A DNA stretch of 63,612 nucleotides, filler included, from Reticulomyxa filosa (Eukaryota; Protista; Foraminifera): the NCBI GenBank assembly GCA_000512085.1. It is 24 parts of 24 records of this genome, joined end to end, with 100 filler letters (N's around TTAATTAATTAA, not from the genome) between each part and the next. Parts side by side here need not be neighbours in the genome. Positions count along the whole stretch, not along the records: positions 12,264 to 13,767 come from ASPP01019218.1; positions 13,868 to 14,867 come from ASPP01048202.1; positions 14,968 to 16,339 come from ASPP01021432.1; positions 16,440 to 17,848 come from ASPP01013424.1; positions 17,949 to 22,098 come from ASPP01035754.1; positions 22,199 to 27,976 come from ASPP01029405.1; 18 more parts are not named here. One strand, given 5' to 3'. This document shows positions 12,264 to 24,715 of this stretch, piece by piece; position 1 is the stretch's first letter; every line of letters starts with the position of its first letter. The notes below the pieces were generated by a model, which saw nothing but the letters and a program-made list of their open reading frames with translations, was not told the DNA's origin and ran no database searches. The translations under genes and the position numbers were made by a program.

Positions 12264-12777
12264 TTTTTAAGTGGAAAGGGATCATCATCATCAAGTTCAA
12301 ACTTTTTTTTTTAACCTCGGGATTGTCCACTGCGGTGCCATTAGCTGTTTGCGCTTTTTCGTTTAATGTCAGATTCTCCATTTGCGATTCGAGTTTTTCT
12401 TTGTTTGTGTTACTGTCATCCCCTTCACTGTTATTGTCACTTTCCACATCCTTCGACTTGCTCTTTGTTTTATCTTTATCTTCTTCACTGGCTTCTCCTG
12501 CTGGTGCCTGCACTTCCTTGTTTTCTTCTTTTTCTGATTTTTCCCACATTTTCCTTTCCTCATCTACCTCGTCATCACTACTCTCGTCCTTTTCCTTTGG
12601 CTTTTGGACCTCCTTTTCTTCCTTTTCTGCCTCTTTCTTTTTTGATGTTTCTTCGTTGTCCCATGCCGGCTCTTCGTCTGACCCACTCTCGTCTTTAAAC
12701 TTTTTATTCGCTACTGGTTTGTTTCCCCATGTGCCTCGGCCATACTCATTTGAGTTCCAGTTGTCGTTCCAAGACAT
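12264..12777 (-). CDS. Hypothetical protein, acidic/Lys-rich low-complexity N-terminus (truncated)
   Basis: Long open frame MSWNDNWNSNEYGRGTWG...DESGSDEE... with coding-like purine bias. No domain recognised. Confidence 0.6.
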
Positions 12778-13867
12778 TCTCTCTGGATCAAACAAAAATT
12801 ATGTCCTCAACACAAGGAGCATGTAACAAAAAACCTTTTTTTTTTTACAAGTGCGGCTTTGGCATATGAATCACTTTTTTTTTTAAACTCTTTAAGGTGT
12901 TTTTGTAATGCATTGGCCATCGCCTTCCCGCTGGTACTTTCTGGAAGTTTACAGACTTATAAAAAATGCTCGTCCCCAAAAAATATTAAAAATATTAAAA
13001 TATTTGTCACAATTTTTATATAAAAAAACATTCACAAAAGATTGAAGAAAGAATAAAAAGAAATGTTATATCCCTTGACTCCCTGTTTTTGATGAAAATA
13101 TTCTTTTCAAGAAAAATTAGATGGAACAATCACAAGTTCTTAGTTTTATTGTAGAAATAAGTTAAAACTAACACAAACAAATTTGGGAACAAGCTTGCTC
13201 AAATATTCTTTTCTGAAACTAGTAGTGTACATCATTGGTTTGTTCATTTCAAGAGAAAAATTAATATTGAGAGTTTTTGTATTTTGTATTAATTTAATTA
13301 CATTTCAAAGCAATATGACATATCTTTTCGTTAATAGTGAGCCATCTCTAATATTTTTGTGCAAAACCAAACTACCAGTGATATTTTGCAATGAATAATA
13401 TTTTCCTTGAAAAATGAAAGATTTTTGGAATAAATTTGTCAAATTGAAATATCAACTTGTACATGCTACAAAAGTATTATTTTTTTTTATGATAAAAAAA
13501 TCAACATTTGCTAAATCTTGTATTATTTTCTATTTTACAATTAGTAAATGAAATTTATTTGAATGATTAATATTAAGAAAAACAGTACAAGTTTGATTTA
13601 AAAAATTGTTAATTATTGAAAATAATTTCTTTACGACAGGGGTCTTTGAAAAAAGTTGAGTATGAATAATAAACTCTTGCAAAACATGACAATGAAGTTT
13701 TTCTTTTTCGAAGACGACTTGATGCTTCTCTTGAACAATAAGACATTATACTGGACTTTATTCTTTGNNNNNNNNNNNNNNNNNNNNNNNNNNNNNNNNN
13801 NNNNNNNNNNNTTAATTAATTAANNNNNNNNNNNNNNNNNNNNNNNNNNNNNNNNNNNNNNNNNNNN

Positions 13868-14419
13868 ACACACACCATTGGATCGTCTGCCAACACGAGC
13901 TTGATAAGGACTCTCTGATAATGGCTTGTGCGGCGTCTTCTGTTGTGTGTCAGCCGCAGATGACGGCAATTGCAAACTAGAGGTATCGACGCTAACTTTG
14001 AAATCGCTGCTTTGCTCTTTGTGACTATTTTTTTTCTTTTCCACTTTCTTTTTGAGGGGGCTGTCGTCCTTCAATGTGTCAGTTGCTGACAGTGATGGGG
14101 CTGCTGGGGCTGCTGTTGCTGCTGTTGTTGCTGTTGTTGCTGTTGCTGCTGTTGCTGTTGTTGCTGTTTCACTCGTAGCTTCTTTTGAAACTTCTGCCAA
14201 CGCTTGTGAAGCGATATCAACTTCTTCTTGCACTTCTTGTGTGTCAGCTGATTTTTTCACTTTGCGTTTTTTTTTCGTCGTTTTCTCGGTTCCCATTTCT
14301 CGCAGCTGACGTTGCGTCAGAACATTCTGGAAACTTCCCGCTCGAAACGGATCTTTTGTACTGCAAGATACTAACGAACGTGAAGTAATCACCAAAAATC
14401 TTTGAAGAATACGAGACAT
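13868..14419 (-). CDS. Hypothetical protein N-terminus with Thr/Ala repeat (truncated); alternative start at 14296
   Basis: Open frame runs to the contig end and includes an (ACAGCA)n-encoded TATATAAT tract and basic clusters. No domain recognised. Confidence 0.55.
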
Positions 14420-14967
14420 ATGACGACAATTATTTTAAATCACAATTATCCAAATTAAAAAAAAGACTCGTCAAACTTTCTCTTTTCTGATTTTTCTCTG
14501 ATTGCAATATTTTTTTTTATCCGTATGTAGTTGAAATTTTAAACGTCTTGTTAGTATCAACCAAAGGCTCAATGATAGGTACTCTTACGAAGGAAAAACA
14601 GGATCTAATATGAAAACCTTGTAACAAAGTTTGCAGTAAAATTCGGAATTTGATTAACTTCTTATATACGAACGGAAATCAATGCGGAATCATTGAAAAA
14701 TAAAACAGATAAACAACGAACGCAAAAAAGGAAATAAATGCACGTATGCCCCTCTTTTAGAATGGACCCAAGCAAAAACAATCTCAAAATTAAAAAATCT
14801 CCCAAATCAGTCCTAGCTGATCACAAAATAAAAACATTCAAGTTTTTTTTCTCACAAAAGAACTTTCNNNNNNNNNNNNNNNNNNNNNNNNNNNNNNNNN
14901 NNNNNNNNNNNTTAATTAATTAANNNNNNNNNNNNNNNNNNNNNNNNNNNNNNNNNNNNNNNNNNNN

Positions 14968-16000
14968 TGTAAATATTGATGTCCACAATGCCACATCATC
15001 TGCAAACATACTACATTGAATAGGTTGTTGGATAACTTGGCAAGTCATTAATATATAATAGGAATAATACTGGGGATAAAGCAGATCCTTGAGGGGATCC
15101 GATAAGAATCTTCCATCTAATTTAAATTCATTTCCAAACACTATCATATGCTGCAGAGATACTGAATTACAATCTAATGACTTGTAGATGATCTCTGTCA
15201 GGCTTAGGAATAAGCATGATGTTTACCTTTTTCCATGCAATAAGCATATATCCCATTCGGAAACTCCATCCAAATAGGAATAACAGTGCCTCAATAACTT
15301 CATCTCTTGTGATATCACTTTGATATTCACCAATGCTGGAGTAATAAATATCTTGTTGGTGTTTAATGCCTTGAATTTCATGAATAAATTTCTTGTGTAA
15401 GTGACCAATGCTTTTAATCATATGTTGATGCTTTTCTAATTGTGATTTCTTTCGAAATTGCTTGGCAGCTCTCTTATACATCATCAGATTCCTTGGCGTA
15501 ATTTGTTCTTTGATTTTGAACTTTCTTTCGTAATCCACCATGGTTTATTGCATTCCCATATCGTCTAAGATTCAACTGCTTTGCCTAATGTCTCTGTGTT
15601 ATCCAATACAATAGGATTAATAGATTGCATCCAATTGTTTCAATCTCAGATTCCAAGTCTCAATCTTTTGTCGTTCAATTCGTGGTGATGACCACGTGGT
15701 TTTGAATTGGGCGTGATTGGGAAATGATCTAAGTGCACATCCAATTCAACATCGTCTGTCCTCCAATTGCTAACAAATGGAAGAATAGAAGATGTACATA
15801 ATGTAATATCAATGTGTCAGTATTTTGATCCAACCATGCAGGATGATGTGCATTACAATCTCCTCCAATGGAATGCAAATCTCTTCGGCATAATACTCGA
15901 CGTCCTTCTTCTTTGATCTGAATCCTTGCAATAAACAGATATCTGATGCAGATTTTGTTCTAATATTTGCCTTGTAATAAAATGTTAGACTGCTGATCAT
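14968..16000 (-). mobile_element. Degenerate non-LTR (LINE-like) retrotransposon: APE-type endonuclease plus reverse transcriptase fragments
   Basis: Across frames: IGGDCNAHHPAW, DITLC and DHFPI (endonuclease); AWKKVNIMLIPKPDRDH (RT N-terminus); CSMFADDVALW (RT catalytic motif). Many frameshifts and internal deletions. Confidence 0.85.
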
Positions 16001-16439
16001 GGATCTGCCCGCATATTGGTATTTGCAACGTTAATTTCTTCTCTTGATCGATTTCCAGTCCCCATCTGAATCAATATTGGGTTAATTGATTGCAATAAGG
16101 ATTGTAGTTGCTAATTCACGTTTTAGCGATGAGATTTCATCAGCATCTGATTTCTTATTCTGCGGCTTTGATCATTATTATTATTGCTTTTCTTTATTTT
16201 CATTTTCATTTAATCCTTGTCCTTTGGCAGTATCAGTATAAGAACAATTCTTTGGTTGTCGCTGCACCAAGCTTTTCTCTTGCTTTGCGAATCACATCAC
16301 ATCACATTGCAATGAATCACTTGGATGCTGCTTTCGCATNNNNNNNNNNNNNNNNNNNNNNNNNNNNNNNNNNNNNNNNNNNNTTAATTAATTAANNNNN
16401 NNNNNNNNNNNNNNNNNNNNNNNNNNNNNNNNNNNNNNN

Positions 16440-16672
16440 AGGGCGCACTTACTTGGAGGTGAAAGTCCTCTACCAGCCCGGCAAGGGGAATGGTTAGCCG
16501 AAGGCAAGGGTTCCGTGGGCGACTGCGGGTCTGAAGGAAGCCGGAGGGCAAAGCGCTGGCCTGACGAACAGGAAGCGGATACGAGGCGGCGCGCCGGGGT
16601 GAGATGGCCATATTCATCAAAGCCCGGTACTTGCACGGAACGGTGCGTCGTAGATCCGCCAGGCATAAGCGT

Positions 16673-16703
<31 letters not shown>

Positions 16704-17848
16704 GAGCGTGTGCCCGAAGGGGCTACCGGCGTCGAGAGGCGACGGGACGCGCGCTCAGAAGTCAGCAGAGGCCATAGTAGGTGCCGATATGGACCGAAGG
16801 GCTGAACGAGTAAGGCCGAGAGTAGGACGATCGATCTTGATGTCCAACGATGACGCAGAAGCCGCCCTGGGAGGTCTTCCTGGGCGGGCCGAGCGCGAAG
16901 CAGCCGGACGGAATCCGGGGAGTGCGCGCGACGGTGCGGAGGTGGGTGCAGCGACGAGCGGGCAAACGAAATCGGAGGGCCACCGGCTCATGGAGCAGGT
17001 GGTCGAACGCAGCAACATGCAAAAGGCGTACAGCCAGGTCATGAGGAACCGCGGGGCACCCGGCATCGACGGGCTGCGCTGCGAAGACCTCAAGGGCTGG
17101 CTGCAAAGCCATTGGCAAAGTGCGCGGGCGGCGCTGCTGGACGGCACGTACCTGCCACGCGCGGTGCGCCGAGTGGACATACCCAAGCCGCAAGGCGGGG
17201 TCAGGACGCTGGGCGTGCCCACTGTGGTGGACAGGCTGATCCAGCAGGCGCTGCACCAGGTGATGCAAGCGCTGTTCGAGCCGACGTTCTCGGAAGGGAG
17301 CTACGGCTTCCGCCCGGGGCGCAGCGCGACGCAGGCGGTGGTTCAAGCTGCGAGCTACATCAGGGGCGGCAAGCGTTGGGTGGTGGACATGGATCTGGAG
17401 AAATTCTTCGACCGTGTGAACCACGATGCGCTGATGCACCGGGTGGCCAGGCGGATCGACGACAGGCGCGTCCTGAAGTTGGTCCGGCGCTTCCTGCAAG
17501 CGGGCCTGATGGCCGATGGGGTCGAGACAGCGAGGACACAGGGCACGCCGCAAGGCGGACCACTGTCACCGCTGCTGTCGAACATCCTGCTGACCGATCT
17601 GGATCGCGAACTGGAGCGGCGCGGGCTGGACTTCTGCCGGTACGCTGACGACTGCAACATCTATGTGTCGAGCGAGCGGGCAGGGCACCGTGTCATGGCT
17701 GGGGTGACAGCGTTCCTCTGGGAACGGCTAAAGCTCACCGTGAATGCGGCCAAGAGCGCGGTGGCCAGGCCCTGGGGACGCAAGTTCCTGGGCTACAGCG
17801 TGACCGCGCACAAGGAGACCCGCCTTGCGGATCGCCGCAGAAAGTCTT
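16440..17848 (+). mobile_element. Bacterial group II intron, class C (IIC)-like, both ends missing
   Basis: GC-rich contig with ribozyme-type segments GGGCGC..TGGAGGTGAAAGTCCTC, ACCCGGGGAGATCT and AAGTCAGCAGAGGCCATAGTA...GAAGGGCTGAAC upstream of an RT/maturase ORF. Confidence 0.9.
16840..17848 (+). CDS. ltrA: Group II intron reverse transcriptase/maturase (truncated)
   Basis: Motifs [75 protein letters not shown] and KFLGY. An AGGA Shine-Dalgarno-like site at 16824 precedes TTG16837/ATG16840. Confidence 0.95.
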
Positions 17849-18094
17849 NNNNNNNNNNNNNNNNNNNNNNNNNNNNNNNNNNNNNNNNNNNNTTAATTAA
17901 TTAANNNNNNNNNNNNNNNNNNNNNNNNNNNNNNNNNNNNNNNNNNNNCGAATAGATAAGTCCGCAGTATTCGCGTTGTGCTAGATCGTCCACATCAATG
18001 GACTCTTTCTTTGCAGGACCGGTGACAAACGCGATCACCCTCCAAGTGATGCCAACATTGCATCGTGTTTGGTCTACAAGGCCAAGGCGCAAAC

Positions 18095-18357
18095 AATTTT
18101 TTTTTTTAAATATCTACAAATATTGTAGTTTTTAAATATGATATTGGTTTTTTAATAACTTTTTTTTTTTGGATAAAATTATTTGAAAGAATGGTGATTT
18201 CATCCAACAAAAAAAAAAGTTATCATATTTAAAAACTACAATATTTGTATATATTTAAAAAAAAAAATTAGGTCTAAATGTTGATTTTTCATGGAGAAAA
18301 TCAATTATCATCATAGGATATCGTTTTAGGTGTTCAGTTTTTTTTTGAAACTTACTG
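18095..18357. mobile_element. Foldback MITE showing both arms (left arm truncated) around a 13-nt spacer
   Basis: Left arm ends ...GGATAAAATTA (18181), spacer TTTGAAAGAATGG (18182-18194), right arm TGATTTCATCC...CTTACTG|TA is the reverse complement of the family left arm. Confidence 0.88.
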
Positions 18358-21300
18358 TAATTCATATATAATTTTACATGTACATATTGGGAAATCTTGC
18401 CACTTGTTTTTTAAAAAAATTTCCACTTAATATCATTTATATCTGTTTTTAATTATATTTTATTTTTTTTTTTAATAAAAGATTCAAACAAATACTATAA
18501 CTTTCTGTAAACCATTTAATATCACTAAATTCACATGTCATTGTATTTAATTGAAATCATTTACCAAATGATTTTCTTATTATTATGTATATTTTTATTT
18601 TGATCTATAAATAATATATATGTATATATATTATATATTTTTTTAATTAAATATAAAATATGAATAATTTTTTAATCTTTTGGGATGTCTTTTCAGCATA
18701 TAAATGCCAATTATATCGTTTATCTTTTCACTTACAACTTACCTATTAAAAATAAATAAATTATTTTCAAAGTGATAAATGACTTACATATTGTTCTGAA
18801 ATAGCTAATATCAATAAATTAGAATCTTTGACAACAAAGATTGTCTACTACAAACTCTTAATTTAATATTATCCACCACCCGAATATGTAATCAAGTAAG
18901 TGACTACATCTTCGTCAGACTATAGCATTTAATCAAAATCATTATGATATTAGTCGAATTTTCAATAATATATTAATACTCGCTTCGCTATAATGTGACT
19001 TATGATGAAAAAGAATAATATATATTTGCAATCCAGTATAGACATCATAATACTTGCGAAAGTCTGACGAATCTATTTTAAAACAAAAAACAAAGAACAA
19101 ACTTTTTTTGTATAAAAGTTTTATATTCTCCATTATGTTCGTTTGCTGCCAACTACGTAGTAATATATTTCATATGTTTCGACTAATCGAAAAAATTCAA
19201 TTTAGTAGCATATGCTGATATATTGTTCAAGTTCAACTTGTTTTTATTGCCTAATGCATGCACTATTTCAGTTAAATACACAATTTATCATACAACATAA
19301 AGAAAACAAATATAAGAGTCTAAACTGTGTCATCATATTTTAGTCAAAAAAAAAGTTATCAAATAACTATTTCAAATAAGCAACAAATTTGTTGAAAATA
19401 ACTTGTTTGTAAGCAGTTCTTGCAATGTACTAGAAGCACACTTTGTCAGCGAGTTGAATTAAAGAAAGCATAACGTTTTATTTGATACTATAGTCGTACT
19501 CTTTGAAAGGATGGACTGTAGTCACTAGGACCAAATCGAATACAAACTCGAAGTACGCTTGATTAAACAGTCGATCTCGCATAAACTCGATGTTGTTGCC
19601 CAAAATATAAGTTTTGATTTCATGCGCCATTATATCGACTGGGTCGATGTCAATGAAGTAGATCAAGTTGATTAAGTCATTATTATTATATTCTTCTTTC
19701 TTTTTTTACTGTTCTGTATCATTTTACAGTGATATTAATGACTAGTAATAACTCTGTTGATGAAATTGATACTAGCTTTTATCTACGATCAGTCCAAGGT
19801 CGACTCTAACACCAAGATTGTTGACTATCTTGGTCTTGCACTTGTCTTGCATTTTCGATATTCTAACGATAAGTCTTTGTTATATATTTCATATTACTTC
19901 TTCTGTGTCGATTATTGTTTTTTCTATTCGGTTCGAGTAGTAGCAATATGAGTGACAACATTATGTACTTGCTTCAAAAATATTTGACGATAATATACCA
20001 ATATGTATCTATTAATTTATTCTTGATTGTTTCCACAATAGCTGCTACAATAATTGTTGCTGTTTCAATGCTTTTTTCTGCCAAACTATTCTTTGTCAAT
20101 GTCTTTTGGATCAAACTGCTTAATCAAACTGTAGTTTAATTCGTTACAATCTACAGTCTTGAAGTCTTTGATTTAAAGTATTAATTCCGACATCGCGCTG
20201 ACTGTGTGGACCGTGACGACGACTAGCTTGTACTTGGAGTACTCTGGAGGATGCATTGCATAATGTGATTGCACATGTACATTGTTATCGTTCTGAGACT
20301 CCTTCAATTTCTCCAGTCGGTCCAGCTATTCTTTCGTGTATGGCTCCAGATCGATTTCGTCTGGGAATTCGAATATATAATTGGACTTTTCGTGTCATAA
20401 GGTTTCGAAATTCAGTTCGAAGCGTTTCAAGTGCATAAAGAGAGCATATATTAACAAACTTATCATATCTCTTATTTATGAAAACAAAATGAAGCTTTTT
20501 TTTGTCAATTGATAATCAATAAAATCACTACTTTTTTAGCATAAAATACCTTAATTAAAATAAGCTAATATTCGAAAAGTAATGACTATTACGAGTTCAT
20601 ATCATTGTGATTATATACTTCATTTCTCACATTAAATGTATTTTTCATCACTTATCACAAACATATTTCCATTTTCTCAATGTTCACAAAAACCATATTA
20701 ATCTACCAGATTTCTTTGTGTGTTTGCAAGTTTGAAATTGAATTTTGTTTTTTCAACTAATCAACATTAACTTTAGCCATTTTTGGAGATGGATCGTGCA
20801 CAATTTCATAATCAATTTTTGTCCAAGAAAAAAATTATGGCTGGCATCTAAGTTGCTTTTCTCACCGTTATAATTTAGAATTGTACAATATGTTGTCTCC
20901 ACAAAAGGTTCTTTATTCATTCAACTCTACCGAGATATTGTCCCATGTAATTGCAACACTACTTTACAAAGGAATTTTGAGCTAAATTTAAGCATGTATT
21001 TTACTGATACTATTATAAAGCGTATTGTCCTTGACAGTCCCCCACGTACTATTAATTGCAATCTCCTTGGTCGTTGATTTTAGAACAACGGACAAATCAC
21101 CTTTCTAAATTCGTTTATTTCTGTTTTCCCCTGAGTTTGAGTGTTTGTTGTAACCGTCTTGCACTGACGTCTCCTCTGCAAGCTGTCTTGGTAGTCACGT
21201 TTATTTTATTCAATGTGTTAAACTATTTTCAATAAAGCAAATATAAAAGCCTATTTTCAAGTCCACTAAATAAGTATTATGCCCATACTTTATCATTTTT

Positions 21301-21506
21301 TAGAGTTCAATGTAATCACTCATTTATGGCAATAGTCCGATAAAAAATATAAATAATCTGGTAAATCCATGGTGGATCACAGTAAAGCCAGTCATGTGAT
21401 TATTCATAACGCCAAACTGCTTTTTTTTGCTACAAAAGTGAGCACAAAAAAAAAGTTTGTTTTATCTTCTTTTTTTTGTTGTCTTGTTTGAGTTAAATTT
21501 GTGAAT

Positions 21507-22077
21507 ATGGCAACGTTGGAGGAAGAGGCAGCTATTTCTGAAATGGCCGTGCTCACTAGTAACGTGGATGATGACGAGATAGAGCAAGAAACAAGGTATT
21601 CCAGTAGTGATGTGATAGCAGCTGCACGGGATATCACATTCAAGCAGCAGCAAAAGGCAGAAAAAGTAGAAAGAGAGGTGAAAGCAGGCAAAATAACAGC
21701 TACAGAAGCCCAAGAAGAGCTTCGAAAAGCTTACACCACGATTGCACATACATTAGACAAAATGGAGCTGGCAAAGGAATATGAAACAGATCTAAACAAT
21801 GGCTTAACCAATAAACAGGTTTAATTAACAAAGATTGATATAAAAAAAAAGGTGATAAAAAAAAGTGACAAAAAATTGTGAAAAAAAACATTGACGTATA
21901 CAGATCGAAGAAAGAGAAGCAAAGTATGGCAAAAACGAGTTGTCTCCAGCATATCGTGAGCCTTGGTACAAAAAATTGGCTCGCTTTATTTTTGGAGGTT
22001 TTTTTAATCAGCTGTTGTTGTTCGGTGCTTTGTTATGTTTTGTTGCCTACGCGTTGGCGCCTTATTCACCAAGCAAT
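21507..22077 (+). CDS. P-type ATPase type IIC (Na+/K+-ATPase alpha-like), first two exons (truncated)
   Basis: Exons 21507-21818 and 21904-22077 give AHTLDKMELAKEYETDLNNGLTNKQIEERRAKYGKNELSPAYREPWYKKLARFIFGGFFNQLLLFGALLCFVAY. This matches the cation-ATPase N-terminal domain and TM1 of Na/K pumps. Confidence 0.88.
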
Positions 22078-23299
22078 GTATGGTTTTTTTTTTTTTTTNN
22101 NNNNNNNNNNNNNNNNNNNNNNNNNNNNNNNNNNNNNNNNNNTTAATTAATTAANNNNNNNNNNNNNNNNNNNNNNNNNNNNNNNNNNNNNNNNNNNNGG
22201 GAAGATCGGCAACAACAATAAATAAAAAGCGATACGATGGATATCAGCCATTGATGATCTGGCGTTTTTCGCTGGCGTGACGACATAAGTCAGGGAATTA
22301 ATAACATTTACTGCGAATTTGGACGACTGTGCAAACATTCACGCAATCCAAAATCGACTCACTGCTGCTATCCAAAGACAAAGAAATTAACCGCTACAAA
22401 TTGGGTGATAGACATCGTCTGCATGTCACACTGGATGTCGACGGCCAATAATCATAAGATATCCTAACCTGCAATTGAACAAACGCAACAAAAATCGATA
22501 GTAATCTCAGCCATCAATGATAATGCAGGCGAGAAAATAGCAGCAGCGGAGTCTCGAAAATAAAAAACATTTCTACCTTAAAAACAAGGTAATCAAATAA
22601 ACTTTAAAGTATATAGTTGTTGGTCACGTTTGTGTGAGTCTTTGGATGTGGTGAAGTAAAATGCTCATCAACATCTTTGTTTTCAAAATATTTAATTTCA
22701 TAAACAAAAATAAAAACATTTTTATTAATGGATTTCATATATATTTGGCTTCTTTTACTATCATCAACGAGAAAGTTATTTAATTTTATGATTAATCAGA
22801 ATGTTTTGATGCATAATTTTAAAAAAGAGTGTTTACATTTTGATCAATACAACGAATGAACAAAAAATTGAAAGAGAAGATTGCTTTATTATTATGTTAT
22901 CTTTCATACAGAAACAAATATTAATTATTTTTAAAGAGAAGACCTATTTGGGTACAAAAAAGCAAGTTGACACGTTTTACAACATTGCCATCCACAGGAT
23001 CAAGGTCAATACATGTTTGAAAGGAAATTTCCAAGCACAAATTGAAGTTTTTTATATTTTCCACATGATTTTGATTTGTTAATTTTAATTTAAAAAAAAA
23101 AAAATACTTTCAAACCAATCTACTAACACCAATGTAGTTGCCATCAACGACTATTTTTTTTATGATAGTATTTTTTCAATAATGTCTTTGAAGGATTTGA
23201 TTGTTATTCTTTGATATTATAACATTGCTTATACGATAGTTTTTTTGGGATATATTCTTTCATTTTGTCGACAATATTTTTTTTTCCAGTTCAATATGC

Positions 23300-24715
23300 G
23301 GATCTTTTTATCACTGTTCTCACTCCTCTTCTTTTTCTATCTCAGGATAAATCACTTCACCTTTAGTATTTCCAATACACTTTTTCAAAGATGATATGTT
23401 TACTTGATACTAACATACTAGTTTCTTTTTCTCAAGTTCAAAGCCACTATCTCTTTTAGGCCCAATTCCTCCCACTTTTTGTTGCGTTTGTTTCATTCTT
23501 CCAATCGTTTTTGCATTTCTTCATCGGTCTCTTTAGGCGTTTTTAACTCTTTTTTCCAGTTTTTTGGTTTCGTCAGAGTCGATATTTGTGGACTCATCAA
23601 AGCCCATCATCGCGAGTTCTTTGGACACTTTTTCGTGAAATCTTTTTTCTTACATTCCGACCAAGTCCCAAGCAAAGCAACTGACACAGTCAGTGGCATT
23701 CGATTTTTTTAGTTTTTCTTGACTGGACATGATCTCTTTCACTTGGATGATATTTTCACAAGCAAACACTTTGGCTTGTGAATGTTTCATGCAACGTTTT
23801 AGCAATTTTTTCTCATGTAATTTCGATTCCATGGTTAGATACGATTTTTTGCGATTCATTTCTTCTTGTTCATTTTGAATGGTATTGATTTTCTGTTCGT
23901 TGTCTTTGTCTTGATTTTTGTTATTGTCTTCATCATTATCTTTCTCTTTCTCTTTTTCATCCTTATCATTGTCTTTTCCGTTTTCATTGTTCAAAGTGTC
24001 TTTTTTCTTTCGCCTGACGCTTTTCTTTTTTCATCGCCGCACTTCACTCTCTTGACACTTGAGCCAGCGCTTCAGCAAGTATTTGTTTTGCGTGCGCTGC
24101 AAGCCTATTATTGTCAAGTTTCTCTCCGTGATTATGCCGCTCTCGTACACATTTTCAAAGGGCGAAAAATTGCTCTTTCTGTTTGTTGCGACGGGCGAAA
24201 CACATTGTCATTGTGCGTATATCGACTCAATTCGTACACCGAGTGCAGCGGATGATTGTACCGAATGCGAACAATATGTTGTAGTTTCTTTGTTGCCAGA
24301 TTATTTCCACTGTTATTATTATTTCTTTGCCTCGTAGTGGTCACTTATCGAGGCACTCTTTTGCGCGATCAGGTCGTGCACGAACAAAATGCCGATGAAG
24401 TACAACGCCATCGGCTTTTGGTGGTCAACTATGTTCGTCTTCTTCCGCATCACTATTTACTGCTGCAGCCAATACATGTCGTCTTTCAATAGCAAGTATA
24501 AGCTCTTGCATAAGTTGCGGTGCCACGGCAAGCAATCCACCAGTTGTCGACGTCCGCCCGTTTGGCTATCCGAAGTGTAAATGTATTGTGTCCATACGTT
24601 CGTAAACCCTAATTCGCTATCGTATTTTTTTTAAAAAATTAGTATATATTTGTGTTTATATTAACAATACATACACAAAACGTTCGAGACAATATTGTTT
24701 TGTCTAATCGATCCA
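23300..24715 (-). pseudogene. Probable decayed protein-coding gene of unknown family
   Basis: Coding-like frame ELGFTNVWTQYIYTSD...DDMYWLQQ*IVMRKK...HYEAKK*, followed by K/E/D/N-rich segments interrupted by TAA stops and frame changes. Boundaries are approximate. Confidence 0.4.

Noticed and set aside
12323-12826. Ser/Phe-rich plus-strand ORFs (also 14052-14309, 23866-24255, 61506-62093)
   Set aside because: They are antisense shadows of low-complexity coding sequence on the opposite strand.
16384-17660. Long overlapping and antisense ORFs in the GC-rich contig (e.g. 16762-17553 minus, 17112-17648 plus)
   Set aside because: These are shadow ORFs caused by high GC and codon bias of the RT gene and by the ribozyme sequence.
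14968-17848. Adjacent LINE RT relic and group II intron RT as a composite retroelement system
   Set aside because: They are separate contigs joined by an artificial spacer, with very different base composition.
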